In this document: in pieces, positions 36,221-50,054 of the stretch | Position numbering within the stretch: position 1 is the first letter of the stretch | How the letters are laid out: each line of letters opens with the position of its first letter | Assembly: GCA_002269645.1 (NCBI GenBank) | Contig: NIVC01002201.1 | Span: 270,429-334,428, forward strand | Origin: Macrostomum lignano | Taxonomy: Eukaryota | Reading direction: 5' to 3' | Length of the DNA: 64,000 nucleotides | The notes under the pieces: generated by a model | Told to the model about the DNA's origin: nothing | The model's input: the letters and a program-made list of their open reading frames with translations, nothing else | The model's database searches: none | Made by a program: the position numbers and the translations under genes

Positions 36221-37464
36221 CATGTTAGAGGTAATGTAAAGTCTGCACTTTTTGAAAACCCCAGTGACCAAATATCGTTTACCAGATCTATCGGAATCTA
36301 GAGGTTGATTCGGTGCGGCCTCCCAGCAACCAAGCTGAACAAAATGTTAAGCATGGAGTCATATTTTCTGTTTCCAAGCACGATCTGCTAGGAGATTAAA
36401 TCACCTATTTTATTATTGCACTAAAATTTGCCATTTAATCTCGATTTACAATTTTTTTAGCCATTTCAAGCATTGCAGCGACTAAAAATGCACTTTTCAC
36501 ATTCCAATGCACCATTTAAAGTCTGATTTTCGGTAACAGCTTCAGGGCAGGACCGCCTTTCTGAAAAGCCCTCTGCAGCTGCATAACAAATATTTGCGGG
36601 TAGTTTATATTACCAGCATGATAATATATCTGACCGAAATTTTCAAAGCACACAAGGACAGAGACAGTCTGAAAACATTGCTATCCAATATTCACCACAG
36701 AGCCTCGTAACTCAGTTGATGTCTTCCGTTTGTATGTTTAGTTTCTCTGTTACATTTTTCACATTCTATCTTCATGATCTATGCTTATACATGCTCGCAG
36801 TCAGTTTTTGCTTTCCTGGTTACTTTTTGGTTATCAATAATTAATAACTGCATACTTCGATGCGTCCTTTGGTTGGACTTGTATCGTTTATCGCAACTTT
36901 TTTATACTACTTTTCCTACTGAAACATAACTGATTCTCTACCATTATTCACTCTAATTCTTCACTTCCCCACTCTACCTCTCCCGTTCTCCACTCTACCT
37001 CTCGCCTTCTCCACATTACTTCTCTCTCATTTACCACTCTACTTCTTCCTTTTGCCACTCTAATTCTTCCTTTCGCCACTCTACTTCTTCCTTTCGCCAC
37101 TCTACTTCTTCCTTTCGCCACTCTACTTCTTCCTTTCGCCACTCTACTTCTTCCTTTCGCCACTCTACTTCTTCCTTTCGCCACTCTACTTCTTCCTTTC
37201 GCCACTCTACTTCTTCCTTTCGCCACTCTACTTCTTCCTTTCGCCACTCTACTTCTTCCTTTCGCCACTCTACTTCTTCCTTTCGCCACTCTACTTCTTC
37301 CTTTCGCCACTCTACTTCTTCCTTTCGCCACTCTACTTCTTCCTTTCGCCACTCTACTTCTTCCTTTCGCCACTCTACTTCTTCCTTTCGCCACTCTACT
37401 TCTTCCTTTCACCACTCTACTTCTTCCTTTCGCCACTCTACTTCTTCCTTTCGCCACTCTACTT

Positions 37465-37667
37465 CACTGCGCCTCTACTTCACTTCACAACCCCCCAAGG
37501 CGCACTTCATTGCGCCTTGGGGGGTTGGCTCTCAAGGCCGTTAATTGCACGAGCAGAGCCAAGCCGAGATTCCAATTTAGCCCCAAATTAATGTGACTGC
37601 ACTTGGAATCGAGCCTGGGCCGCTGGCACACCAGAGCAGCTGCGCTACCGCTGGGCTACGGCCCCCC
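37465..37667 (-). mobile_element. SINE family A, copy 3
   Basis: Head GGGGGGCCGTAGCCCAGCGG...GGCTCGATTCC on the minus strand; 3' part replaced by a hairpin and the minisatellite. Confidence 0.8.
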
Positions 37668-38452
37668 TCCCTTCACCACTCTACTTCTCCTTTTCGCGAC
37701 TCTACTTCTCTCTCCTTCACCACTCTACTTCTCTCTCCTTCATCACCACTCTACTTCTCCTTTTCCCCACTCTACTTCTCTCTCCTTCACCACTCTACTT
37801 CTCCTTTTCGCGACTCTACTTCTCTCTCCTTCACCACTCTACTTCTCTCTCCTTCATCACCACTCTACTTCTCCTTTTCGCCACTCTACTTCTCTCTCTC
37901 CTTCGTCACTCTACTTCTCCTTTTCCCCACTCTACTTCTCTCTCCTTCACCACTCTACTTCTCCTTTTCGCGACTCTACTTCTCTCTCCTTCACCACTCT
38001 ACTTCTCTCTCCTTCATCACCACTCTACTTCTCCTTTTCGCGACTCTACTTCTCTCTCCTTCACCACTCTACTTCTCTCTCTCCTTCGTCACTCTACTTC
38101 TCCTTTTCGCGACTCTACTTCTCTTTCCTTCACCACTCTACTTCTCTCTCCTTCATCACCACTCTACTTCTCCTTTTCGCCACTCTACTTCTCTCTCTCT
38201 CCTTCGTCACTCTACTTCTCCTTTTCCCCACTCTACTTCTCTCTCTCCTTCGTCACTCTACTTCTTCCTTTCGCCACTCTACTTCTTCCTTTCGCCACTC
38301 TACTTCTTCCTTTCGCCACTCTACTTCTTCCTTTCGCCACTCTACTTCTTCCTTTCGCCACTCTACTTCTTCCTTTCGCCACTCTACTTCTTCCTTTCGC
38401 CACTCTACTTCTTCCTTTCGCCACTCTACTTCTTCCTTTCGCCACTCTACTT

Positions 38453-38655
38453 CACTGCGCCTCTACTTCACTTCACAACCCCCCAAGGCGCACTTCACTG
38501 CGCCTTGGGGGGTTGGCTCTCAAGGCCGTTAATTGCACGAGCAGAGCCAAGCCGAGATTCCAATTTAGCCCCAAATTAATGAGACTGCACTTGGAATCGA
38601 GCCTGGGCCGCTGGCACACCAGAGCAGCTGCGCTACCGCTGGGCTACGGCCCCCC
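38453..38655 (-). mobile_element. SINE family A, copy 4 (duplicate of copy 3)
   Basis: Nearly identical to 37465-37667 at an offset of 988 bp. Confidence 0.82.
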
Positions 38656-39672
38656 TCCCTTCAACACTCTACTTCTCCTTTTCGCGACTCTACTTCTCTC
38701 TCTCCTTCGTCACTCTACTTCTCCTTTTCGCCACTCTACTTCTCTCTCCTCACCACTCTACTTCTCTCTCCTCACCACTCTACTTTTCCATTTCGCCACT
38801 CTACTTTTATCTCTTTCTACACTCCACCTCTCTCCTTCTCCAACCTACCTCTAGCCTTCACCACTCTACTTCTCCCCCCTTCTCCACTCTACCTCTCTCT
38901 CGCATTATCCAACTATACTTCTTTCTATTTCTCAACTCTAATTCAATATTTTTTCCTACATAGTTATAAAAAGTACAATTTCAAAATGCTAATGATACGC
39001 TAAACGCTATACTTTACTATATTCTATCTTAAGACAACATTAGAGAATAAATCAAATTTACTGGAATAGTTAAGTAGATGAGACTGACCAACTTTATATT
39101 TCATCGGTAGAAACACAAAAATCTCTACCGTTAAAAGATGGCAATCGCACCAAGGCCGTAAACAGTCGAACCCCATGAGAAATTTATTTAACAACCAAAT
39201 GTTGCTTAAAAGTGCATTATAGCGAGCTCGAAATGGATCTCTTGCCTTCTGCTATTATGGCGATTATATGAAGTTTTCAATTTTTTTCTCAGCGTACAAA
39301 CTCGATACAAATACGCGACTGTTACGTCTATAAACCATGGTAAATATTCATAGCGGTCCTTGGTCAAAACATTTTGATTGGCCTTGCAATGCAAGACTTG
39401 GTTCTCTGCTTGTGTGTATGTGTGTGTGTGTGTTTTATGACGCAATATTAAGTCATCCGCCGCAGCTGACCCCCCGCTGGTGTACAATAAAATATTTTAA
39501 TGATCAGCAGCTGCCACCCTGTTATAATTGGTGTTTGCTGATAGCAATTAAAATATCTAATAGCTAACATGCGTGCCCATGGCCCATGCACTGGGTCGCG
39601 CTGCTAAACTGGCTGTATGGTAAATTGGCACAGCTGCGGCAGATGAGATGACAGAGAGACACAGAGAATGAG

Positions 39673-39904
<232 letters not shown>

Positions 39905-40009
39905 GGGAGAGTGAGAACCAGCAAGATTGGGATATACGAGAATAATTATAGTGAACAGTAAGCAGCAGAAATGTAAAATACAGTACGCGCTAACAGCCAG
40001 TGGGATGAC

Positions 40010-41915
40010 AGACAGTGGGATGACAGACAGTGGGATAACAGATAGTGGGATAACATACAGGGAGATAACATACAGGGAGATAACAGACAGGGAGATAACA
40101 GATAGGGAGATAACACACAGGGAGATAACAGACACTGAGTTAACAGACAGGGAGATAACAGACACTGAGTTAACAGACAGGGAGATAACAGACAGGGAGA
40201 TAACAGACAGGGAAATAACAGATAGGGAGATAACAGACAGGGAGATAACACACAGGGAGATAACAGACAGGGAGATAACAGACACTGAGTTAACAGACAG
40301 GGAGATAACAGACAGGGAGATAACAGACAGGGAAATAACAGATAGGGAGATAACACACAGGGAGATAACACACAGGGAGATAACAGACAGGGAGATAACA
40401 AACAGGGAGATAACAGACACTGAGTTAACAGACAGGGAGATAACAGACAGGGAGATAACAGACAGGGAGATAACAGACAGGGAGATAACAGACAGGGAAA
40501 TAACAGACACTGAGTTAACAGACAGGGAGATAACAGACAGGGAGATAACAGACACTGAGTTAACAGACAGGGAGATAACACACAGGGAGATAACAGACAG
40601 GGAGATAACAGACACTGAGTTAACAGACAGGGAGATAACAGACAGGGAGATAACAGACAGGGAAATAACAGATAGGGAGATAACACACAGGGAGATAACA
40701 CACAGGGAGATAACAGACAGGGAGATAACAAACAGGGAGATAACAGACACTGAGTTAACAGACAGGGAGATAACAGACAGGGAGATAACAGACAGGGAAA
40801 TAACAGATAGGGAGATAACAGACAGGGAGATAACAGACAGGGAGATAACAGACAGGGAAATAACAGACACTGAGTTAACAGACAGGGAGATAACAGACAG
40901 GGAGATAACAGACAGGGAGATAACAGACAGGGAGACAACAGACAGGGAGATAACAGACACTGAGTTAACAGACAGGGAGATAACACACAGGGAGATAACA
41001 GACAGGGAGATAACAGACACTGAGTTAACAGACAGGGAGATAACAGACAGGGAGATAACACACAGGGAGTTAACAGACAGGGAGATAACAGACAGGGAGA
41101 TAACAGACAGGGAGATAACAGACACTGAGTTAACAGACAGGGAGATAACACACAGGGAGATAACACACAGGGAGTTAACAGACAGGGAGATAACAGACAG
41201 GGAGATAACAGACAGGGAGATAACAGACACTGAGTTAACAGACAGGGAGATAACAGACACTGAGTTAACAGACAGGGAGATAACAGACAGGGAGATAACA
41301 GACAGGGAGATAACAGACACTGAGTTAACAGACAGGGAGATAACAGACAGGGAGATAACACACAGGGAGATAACAGACAGGGAGATAACAGACAGGGAGA
41401 TAACAGACAGGGAGATAACAGACAGGGAGATAACAGACAGGGAGACAACAGACAGGGAGATAACAGACACTGAGTTAACAGACAGGGAGATAACACACAG
41501 GGAGATAACAGACAGGGAGATAACAGACACTGAGTTAACAGACAGGGAGATAACAGACAGGGAGATAACACACAGGGAGTTAACAGACAGGGAGATAACA
41601 GACAGGGAGATAACAGACAGGGAGATAACAGACACTGAGTTAACAGACAGGGAGATAACAGACACTGAGTTAACAGACAGGGAGATAACACACAGGGAGA
41701 TAACAGACAGGGAGATAACAGACACTGAGTTAACAGACAGGGAGATAACACACAGGGAGATAACAGACAGGGAGATAACAGACACTGAGTTAACAGACAG
41801 GGAGATAACAGACACTGAGTTAACAGACAGGGAGATAACAGACAGGGAGATAACAGACAGGGAGATAACAGACAGGGAGATAACAGACACTGAGTTAACA
41901 GACAGGGAGATGACA
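40010..41915. repeat. Minisatellite, 15-bp unit (ACAGACAGGGAGATA; variant ACAGACACTGAGTTA), about 125 copies
   Basis: Direct tandem copies starting about 135 nt into Caskin intron 1. Confidence 0.97.
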
Positions 41916-42047
41916 GGCATTGAAATAACAGAGGGTGATCGAGTTCTGCTTGGACAACAAGTTAAAAGCCGAAAAATCTTGTCGACAACAAACCTCCGAA
42001 ACTGAGAATGAAAAGGACCCCCGAAAATAAATGGAATAATAACTCAC

Positions 42048-42552
42048 TTCTCTGCTGAGTACCGGATAAACTACTCAGCAATCGGTGCACTACAGCGAGA
42101 TCGTTTCTCTGCACAGCGGAGATCAGATCTCGGATAGGATCGGCACTGGCTGCCAGCTGAGGACACGGCGGTTTCTGTTGCTGTTGCTGATGCTGATGTC
42201 GCAAAGTTGCTGCCGAACCGGCAACATTCGAGGCGGCCATTGCGCTGATACCCGACGAAAGCGACACGCCGCGTCTGAGACCCGCAGAGGATGAAGCGTC
42301 GCTAGTGGAAACTGGCTGATTGGTTGCTGGATGCTGCTTGGGAGCGTGGGCGAATGTTCTCACTTGACTCGACGGGTCAGTCGGGTTCCAGTAAGGCGGC
42401 GCTGTCGGCGGCGGCGGTTGCGTCGACGGCTGTTTCTGAGGCTGAGCGGCAGCGTCTGACTGCTGCCGTTGCTGCTGGTGAGGCAGAGTCGGACATCTCA
42501 GCTGAGCTCTGTCCGACGATGCAGAGCGTCTCAGACGGTAAAGCAGTGGCAT
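42048..42552 (-). CDS. Caskin: Caskin exon 1 (low-complexity N-terminus and first ankyrin helix)
   Basis: ATG at 42552; ends DPIRDLISAVQRNDLAVVHRLLSSLSGTQQR, similar to Caskin ELVQAVK.ED.....RLL; donor AGAA|GTGAGT; 505 nt, phase 1. The true start could be a downstream Met. Confidence 0.8.
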
Positions 42553-43792
42553 ACGCGCAATAATTGTCTATTTCGGTAGCCTTGTAGTTTTGCGTCCAAC
42601 TGTGGACAAGAGCAGCGGAGGCCGGCAGATATATTATACACAGCTGGGCGTATCGTTCTTAGCCAATCGCGTCAGTCTTGGAGGCCGGCATGCATTGGAA
42701 CCAGCGACCGCCTAGGGAGACTTGTTCGTGTAGATAGAGAAAGTTGAGACTTGGGGAGGGTGGCCAGGAGGGAGGGAGCGGTCGGGGGGAACAGAAATGC
42801 AATTTTGGGAAACGCCGGTTCCTCAGAGGCATTCGCGGGGGGTATCGCTTCTTCTATCCTTGCCCTGCCCTCAATTATCTTTTACCTTTTCAAGACAGAA
42901 AAAAGGTGTGCCGTGCTGAGGGGGGGCATTGAACGGGCGCACACGTATAGAGAGAATGAAGACAAAAACTTTGCCGGCTTGTACAACTCCGTATATAGTA
43001 CCGGTTTTAAAGATGCGTAGCACCTGGCTTACCTGCCTTAATCTCGACAATGATTAATAATTGCCAGGCTAAAAGCAAGAAGCTGGCTTCACTGCTGCGA
43101 ACCGTAATACCGCGTGAATCACGCCACCACCGCTATTGAAGTTCGGGGTTAGGGTCTGGGCCGATCGAATACACATGGGGTGCAGGTCGGTGCAAGTCAT
43201 CGGTTAGTATTTGAAGCTGAAAAAGATATGATACAATTAGATGGTGAATCATCAGATCTCGATTCCCAGGGTTTAATCACGCCATCATAGAGGCTTTATC
43301 ATAACTAGGATAAAGATTCTAGTGGATAACGCGCTGCCATCTACTAAACCTGGTGGAAACACAGAAAAAGAAAAAGTACTCTGTATTCTTAGATTCTTAG
43401 TAACTAGTAGAATGCAGTGCATCAAATCGAGTTTTGAGAGATATTGACAACCTTAGAGTCGATAAATACTCTTCTGAAAGCATGCATACACCCCGATTCC
43501 AGTGGGTCAACAAATGGAAGCGTTAAGACTCTCTAGCCATAACTCTCCACTCTCTCCTCCCCAGCCTAAGCCAGGGTCTTGTGGCGCAAATTGCGTGACC
43601 CAAAGTTGAGACAAGAACCGAAAGCCATGTGTAAATTGCTTAACTTAAGGCTGGGTTCTGACTCTGAGAATTAAAGTTGACCACTGGTTTCGAGTTTGTA
43701 CAATTTCACTCCGCTAACAAAGTCGACAAACCTGAATCGAAGTCGATGAGCTGTACCGGTAGACAGCTTCGTGTGATTACCATAATAACATC

Positions 43793-43982
43793 GGGCTTCG
43801 ATTCCCGATCCCACTGGAACAATTTGTGTCCTTGAGCAAGACACTTAACTCTGCGTTGCTTTAGTTCATTCAGCTGTAAAATGGGTGCCAGCATTAGCTG
43901 GGGTAATTGAGGATGTGTGTGACGACCCCCCCCCCCCCCAGTCCTTGGACTGAATAGCTGCGGCTGAGCTGTCGGTTGCACA
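43793..43982 (+). mobile_element. SINE family B, copy 2 (5'-truncated, internal deletion)
   Basis: GGCTTCGATTCCC (B box) then TGTCCTTGAGCAAGACACTTAACTC...CAGCTGTAAAATGGG. Confidence 0.82.
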
Positions 43983-45947
43983 TCTGCCTATTAGGTCAGG
44001 TGTAATCAAATTTTGTAATAAAAGAAACTGAAAATGATAAAATAAAGGTTTGGACCTTCGTATGATTATATCACCAACTGACCAACTTTGTCGGCCAAAG
44101 TGAAACAGCCAGCAGTGCAGTTCCAAAACTACGAATATAGAGCGCATGTGTACATGTCAGCTGAGCAGCTTTAGATCAGACACGAGGGACAAGCTTAAAC
44201 CCAAATTAATTATAGATTATTAGAATAGAAAAAATGCATTTCTATAGCACTGTCTGATTGGCAAAAAGCAATCAATCACTTTCCATAGCGGTGACAGCTG
44301 CTGCAGGATTTGGATTAGGCTAATTCTTCATATTTGTACGCATACATGCCACTGTATAACACAGTTAGTCGGAATCCACTCTCTCGCCTAAAAGTGTTGG
44401 GAAGTTGAATTGCTTTGAGACAAACACGCGCTTGCCAGCAGTATAGTGTCGCTCAGCTCAAATCGACCCGTGCAATGGAAAGTGAGCTGAACATTCTACA
44501 AAAGCCCGCACATTACAGTAGCTAGAGACACATACGAGCTAAGCGCATACATAGAGTCTTTTGGATAGAAAGGGCGACAAGGTCGCTTGAAACTGGCTTG
44601 TGACTGACTGCAATGTCCAGCCAGTCAGAGTTCAATATACAGTAAGCATGCGTCATGGTTGAAGCTTTTTTTTAACAAAAAACACACTTTTCCTAGCCCA
44701 ATTTACCAAAGCTCATATGATTCATAATTCTCTCCTCAAGTCTCAATCGCCCTCTCGCCCTACCCACCTTCATTCTATGCTTACTCCGTCTCTACATGTA
44801 AGCCAGCCACCCCCTCCAATTTCCCTGTCTCTTCCCACTTTTCCCCCAGCCCCCACCCGGACAACATACAGTTTTCCGCACTGCTACACTGCATTGGCCA
44901 ACCCCATTAGGCTTACCCCATCGCCCCCTTCACACGTGCATTTACTAATTCTTTACCTGCTCTGAGCAGCACAACAAAAGAGAGACTTGTGCTTCTCTGT
45001 TAGACTTGCTAGCTAAAGAGGAAGGAGAAAGAAAGAAGTGTATAGTCATAGTCAGCATTGACTCCGCCCATGCTTATTATAAGCCACACGTAATGAGCAT
45101 GTACGGCATACGGCATAGTTGCCCCTATGCAGTTAGGAAGCATGTTTCAGCCAGCTATGAGAAAACTAAAGTGCCAGGATAATTTTAGCTAGTTCCATCA
45201 CATCACGTTTGACTCCGACGACTGATGCTGACAAAAAAATCGTCCAGACTGACACTTCAACTCAACTCCATTCTCACTCTGCTCATGTTTAACCAGCCTC
45301 TTCAGCAGCATCAGCCACTTCTGCACTTTATTAACCCTAGCAAGCCAGTGCAAGTAACGATTCAGCAAAAGTGCTCTATAGTGCTTTAACTCAAGGCCAG
45401 ACTACTAGGGTGGACAATGGAACTGTGTGGTACATGAATAACTACCAATTAGCTACCAATTGTTGCATGACTATTTTTGACAAGCAGAAGACTCTAACAA
45501 AAGGAGAAGGCAGTTCTTTTCTTTTTAAAACAAGAAAACTCTCTTAACAAGCGCTTTCTTAGAAATATGCTTCACTAGTTAGTGAGTAGCTATTCTTGGC
45601 AAAGCAGTTTCAGTAGAAGCACTTTGTTGAGTCTTGAATGAGCAAACTAGTGGCTATGCATTTAGTCTTACCCTTCATTAACTTACGCGTCTCAATCCTC
45701 TCTATTGTATTTTATTTTTTTAGGCAATTAAAATTAATTTTCATCTATCAACTGCAGATGATGTAACTGTTGCTTGTTTAAATAATTTTCTGTCATTTAC
45801 CTGTGAACATTGTCGCCTTGATACAGTTTACATGCATTATATAGAATATCAAGGTCACAACAAACCTACTTTTCTGTAGAAACTACTGGTTTGTGAACTG
45901 AATTACTTAATTAATTAATTGGCTTATGCATGCCCTAATGGCCAGTT

Positions 45948-46204
45948 GTGCAACCGACAGCTCAGCCGCAGCTATTGCGCGGCGCATCTGAAGGCTGCGT
46001 ACGGCTGTTCAGTCCAAGGACTGCGGGGTCGCCACACACATCCTCAATTACCCCAGCTAATGCTGGCACCCATTTTACAGCTGAATGAACAGAAGCAATG
46101 CAGAGTTATGTGTCTTGCTGAAGGACACAAATTGTTCCAGCGGGATCGGGAATCGAACCCCTGAACTTCAGTCATAAGTGCGACGCTCTAACCACTAGGC
46201 TACA
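45948..46204 (-). mobile_element. SINE family B, copy 3 (most complete)
   Basis: Minus strand: ATGTAGCCTAGTGGTTAGAGCGTCG (A box) ... GGGGTTCGATTCCC (B box), then CORE-like body. Confidence 0.85.
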
Positions 46205-46887
46205 TCTCTGCTGAATGAGCTTCTTGAGTTAATCGGTGGATTGGTCGAATACACTTCCCGACTAATCCAGCTAATTAAACCATCTGATAACATTTTGACC
46301 TTTGTACCTAATTATCGATTTTCTCTTGCTCCTAAACTCATTTGACCTGTCATATAATTCCCTGTAATTTTTCACAACCAACTGTTTTGACTCCCTAATA
46401 ACCAAACTCTTTCTAACATCGCTAATAAATTATGCCAAATATATATACGGCTCAATTCTCTCTCTCCTCAGTTAACCCCAGTAAGAAAGACTAGCTAACC
46501 ACGCTCATATACAAAACAGAACGATACAGTTGAATGCAGCATTGCAATCACCCAGTGATGAGTTAACTAATTATCATTTCTTCCCCCATTCTCAATGTAG
46601 CTATAATGATGGCTGAGAGGCCTGGCTCTATAATTATATGTGTACTTTCAACAGTGCGTATCACTGCGACTTGGCTTGAATAAATTAATAACAGTCTATT
46701 TCAGCACACCTAATCTTGGTTGGAAAACCGAAAGATGCTCGTTGATTGAGTTGACTGAATATGGAATATTGTCAACGAAGTCAAGGTGATTTTATATCGC
46801 TCTTCTTATCAACCAATACGTAGCATTTATCTAGTTGAAAAGAATGTAATTAAATGGCTAGATAAAGACTGAGAGATAGATTGACAG

Positions 46888-47118
<231 letters not shown>

Positions 47119-48959
47119 CGATATGTATAGAAAATGGAGATCAGAATCAGATTCAATAGACGCGCTGTCCTCAAAGCAAGAAGAAGTGGTGCAAACTGAA
47201 TCACAAAAGGCCCGGCTTTGCACTCTGCTTGCTGGGGATTTTAGGGATTTTAGGGATGGCGGCAAGTTTCATTTGATGATCGGACTGGCTTGGCAGGAAA
47301 TCAACACACAGCGACGATATCGCTACCCAAATGCGACACTCTCCACTGCTGAAGTGGATTCTCAGGCCTGACCCAGAGAGCCCAGCGCTCAAGTGGCAAC
47401 TGGACGCGAAGAATTTGAGCAGGGAAGAGAGAGGCAGGCGGAGAATGAGAAAAGACAGCCGAGGATCCCAAATTCAGGGCATGAGGGGGCGGATTCGTTA
47501 TGTTCAAGGAGTTAAGGAAGTAAGGTCGCGAGACGGGACCCCTGATTGAAGCCTCCCATAAGTTTTTTCTCTCTCTCTCTCTTCATTTCTCGTTGACCCT
47601 CTCCTCGCTTAGGCGTGGTTGGCAGAGCAGCTTATGTGACCGACGAGTCACCGTTCAACGATCCAATATTGCGCTCACTCCACTTCTAATGATGAGGTCG
47701 CATGCAGTGGCTTACTATTATTACTATTACTATTATTATTATTATTGAGACCTGCCCACTCTAAAAAAATTCCTGACGCAGTCTGTCCAGCCCGCTTCCC
47801 CGGATGTGGGCGAGGCTCTCGCTCTGTAACGGTCAGCCTATAACTAACTGTGATTCGCCATGCTATAAGAGGAAGACTTCCCTTCTCTCCCGAGACGCGG
47901 CTGCACGTTGCGGATCTCGTGATGGGCATTCATTAGCAACCTGGGACTGAGAGACAGACAGACAGACAGGACCCATGTGGATGTGAGAACGCATCTGTTC
48001 TATTCTTTCTCTATAAATGAATCTATTGTAAATAATGCATCATCGCGACCTCTGACAAACTGCTAGAGCAACTGAACAGATTCGATGGGTTGCTAAGATA
48101 AGTTGAGATGCTCAGGTGCCAGCGGACCGGAATGCCCCCCCCCCCCGAATCTCTTATTTTTAAACTTTAAAACATTTTTCACCTATCAAATTAAACTTAT
48201 GAATATAATCAAGCCGCATCTTGCAGTGTACCGATAAATATAGAAAACAAAATAACACCATCTATTGATTATATATTCGTCATCGAATCAATGAGATCTG
48301 TATAGGATAGAAAAAACACTACCTGCAGATTAGTCATCCAGCCGTCATCAGATGGGGCATTGCAGACACACTGCGTGTGGCTTTAGTGGAAAAATATTGA
48401 TAGCCAAGCTAAGATAAAGGAGAAGCGAGGGAGGCGACGGAAGGGTAGGCAGACAGACGGACAGACAGTAGTATCCTTGGAATCCCAAATCTGATCAAGA
48501 TGGAGATTCAGTTTCCTCTACCTGCCCATCTCGAGAGGGCCGGGGTGACCCATCATCTATCCCTCCGCCTCAAAGCGAATGCCTTCAAAGTTATTTCTAG
48601 ATAGATGGATATTTATCTAATACGGGCCGACTGTATTACATAAGGCTTCCGGATGTGACTTTAACTGCATCGATATTATAAAAATAACACAGCATTTTAC
48701 ACACTAGCTCGTATATACAATTTTTGTATTTTTCTATACATTGTAAGCAGGATATACAACGCTAACTATATTTTTTAAAATGCAGATAAATGGACAAGAT
48801 TTCATCACTACTACTACTGATGACTTTTTAGTGTAAAGGGAAAGGTAATACAGAAAAATATCTTCTTTTATCAATAATGCTTTTCAGAATAGTGAAAAAG
48901 TTAAGAATGAAGGGCTAGTGTGTGGGAAGTAAGGGGGCTGGGAGGTAGATAAATGATGG

Positions 48960-49325
48960 ATAGTTAAAGAGAGGGAGGAAGAGGGGGAGACGAAGAAGGT
49001 GAAGGACAGAGAGAAGAAATAGGACGGGAGAGAAAGTAAGAGAGACGGGGAGATAGAGAGCGGAGAAGAGAGAGGGAGAGGGGAAGTGAAGAGGGGAGGG
49101 GAGAAGTGGAAAGGGGAGAGGGAGAAAGAGATGGGAGAGGGAGATGTAGAAAGAGAGGGAGAAAAAGAGCGGTGAGGGAGAAGTAGAGAGGGAGAGGGAG
49201 AAAGAGAGGGGGTAGGGAGAAGTGGAGAGGGGGAAGTGGAGGGGAGAGGGAGAAGTGGAGAGGGGAGAGGGAGAAGTGGAGAGGGGAGGAGAAGTGAAGA
49301 GGGGGAGAGAGAAGGGTACAGGGGA
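48960..49325. repeat. Purine-rich (GA/GGA) low-complexity tract
   Basis: Almost purely A/G on the plus strand, with short GGAGAGGGGAGAGGGAGAAGT repeats. Confidence 0.85.
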
Positions 49326-50054
49326 GACACGCAGAGCCAGATGAGGAATAAGAAATGCCGCACAAGACATGCATTATATATTTCAACAATTGGCATGCTG
49401 CCAGAAAAACGCGCAAGCCGAATCGACTCCTAAGAGCCGACAGCCGCAATGAGACTTCTCTCAGCCGAAATAGAAGCCAGCTCACTAATTAGAAATCAAA
49501 GATCCCGAGGGTGACAGGGTGGAGGGGGTTGGAGAGTTAGAATCTGAGCAGCCAGGACTCAACACTGCGGAACTGCAGAACAGACTGCTCTGCTAAAAAT
49601 TTGCATACTAAGAGGCTCAGCCAGTCAAGACAGATCAGGAGAAAAAAGAAATGGAAACTGTGGGGACGAACAAGCAAGTGGCAGAGAGATAGAAAATTCA
49701 ACTATAAAAGCTGGATTGTGTCAGATTTGTGCAGCAAATGATAATGTCTTGCCAAGATATTAGGGAGATAAGTTTACTTGGCACTATGGCGGTCTCAAAG
49801 TCAAGTTGAAATATTTGGCTAATACACTGACTGTACTATTAAGAGATAGCTAGTGACACTAAAAAAATCCTATGGGGATTAAAGTGTCCTCAGAATTTCT
49901 TCCTGCAGAATAATAAAAGTCAGTTTGGATTTAAACAAAATTAGCCGTTTAGCTAGTGCAATAAAATCGATGTTAAAAATCGTTTTAGAAGATTAAATTT
50001 TCAATCTCTCTTCGGAAAGTATTAAGATCGAAACTTACGTTTATTAGATAGATC

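Larger units (their letters stand above)
36960..38900. repeat. Pyrimidine-rich minisatellite, 21-bp core (TTCGCCACTCTACTTCTTCCT), interrupted by two SINE-A copies
   Basis: Homogeneous blocks at 37070-37460 and 38260-38450; variant blocks between and after. Confidence 0.93.

Noticed and set aside
43025-43040. Minus-strand donor CAG|GTAAGC as a 5' UTR exon of Caskin
   Set aside because: Good hexamer, but no matching acceptor or exon start can be supported without transcript data.
43140-43160. GGGGTTAGGGT as a telomeric repeat
   Set aside because: A single imperfect unit, expected by chance.
47123-47929. Short ORFs next to (GACA)n and an (ATT)n tract as a gene or LINE 3' end
   Set aside because: No recognisable domain, splice pattern or RT motif.
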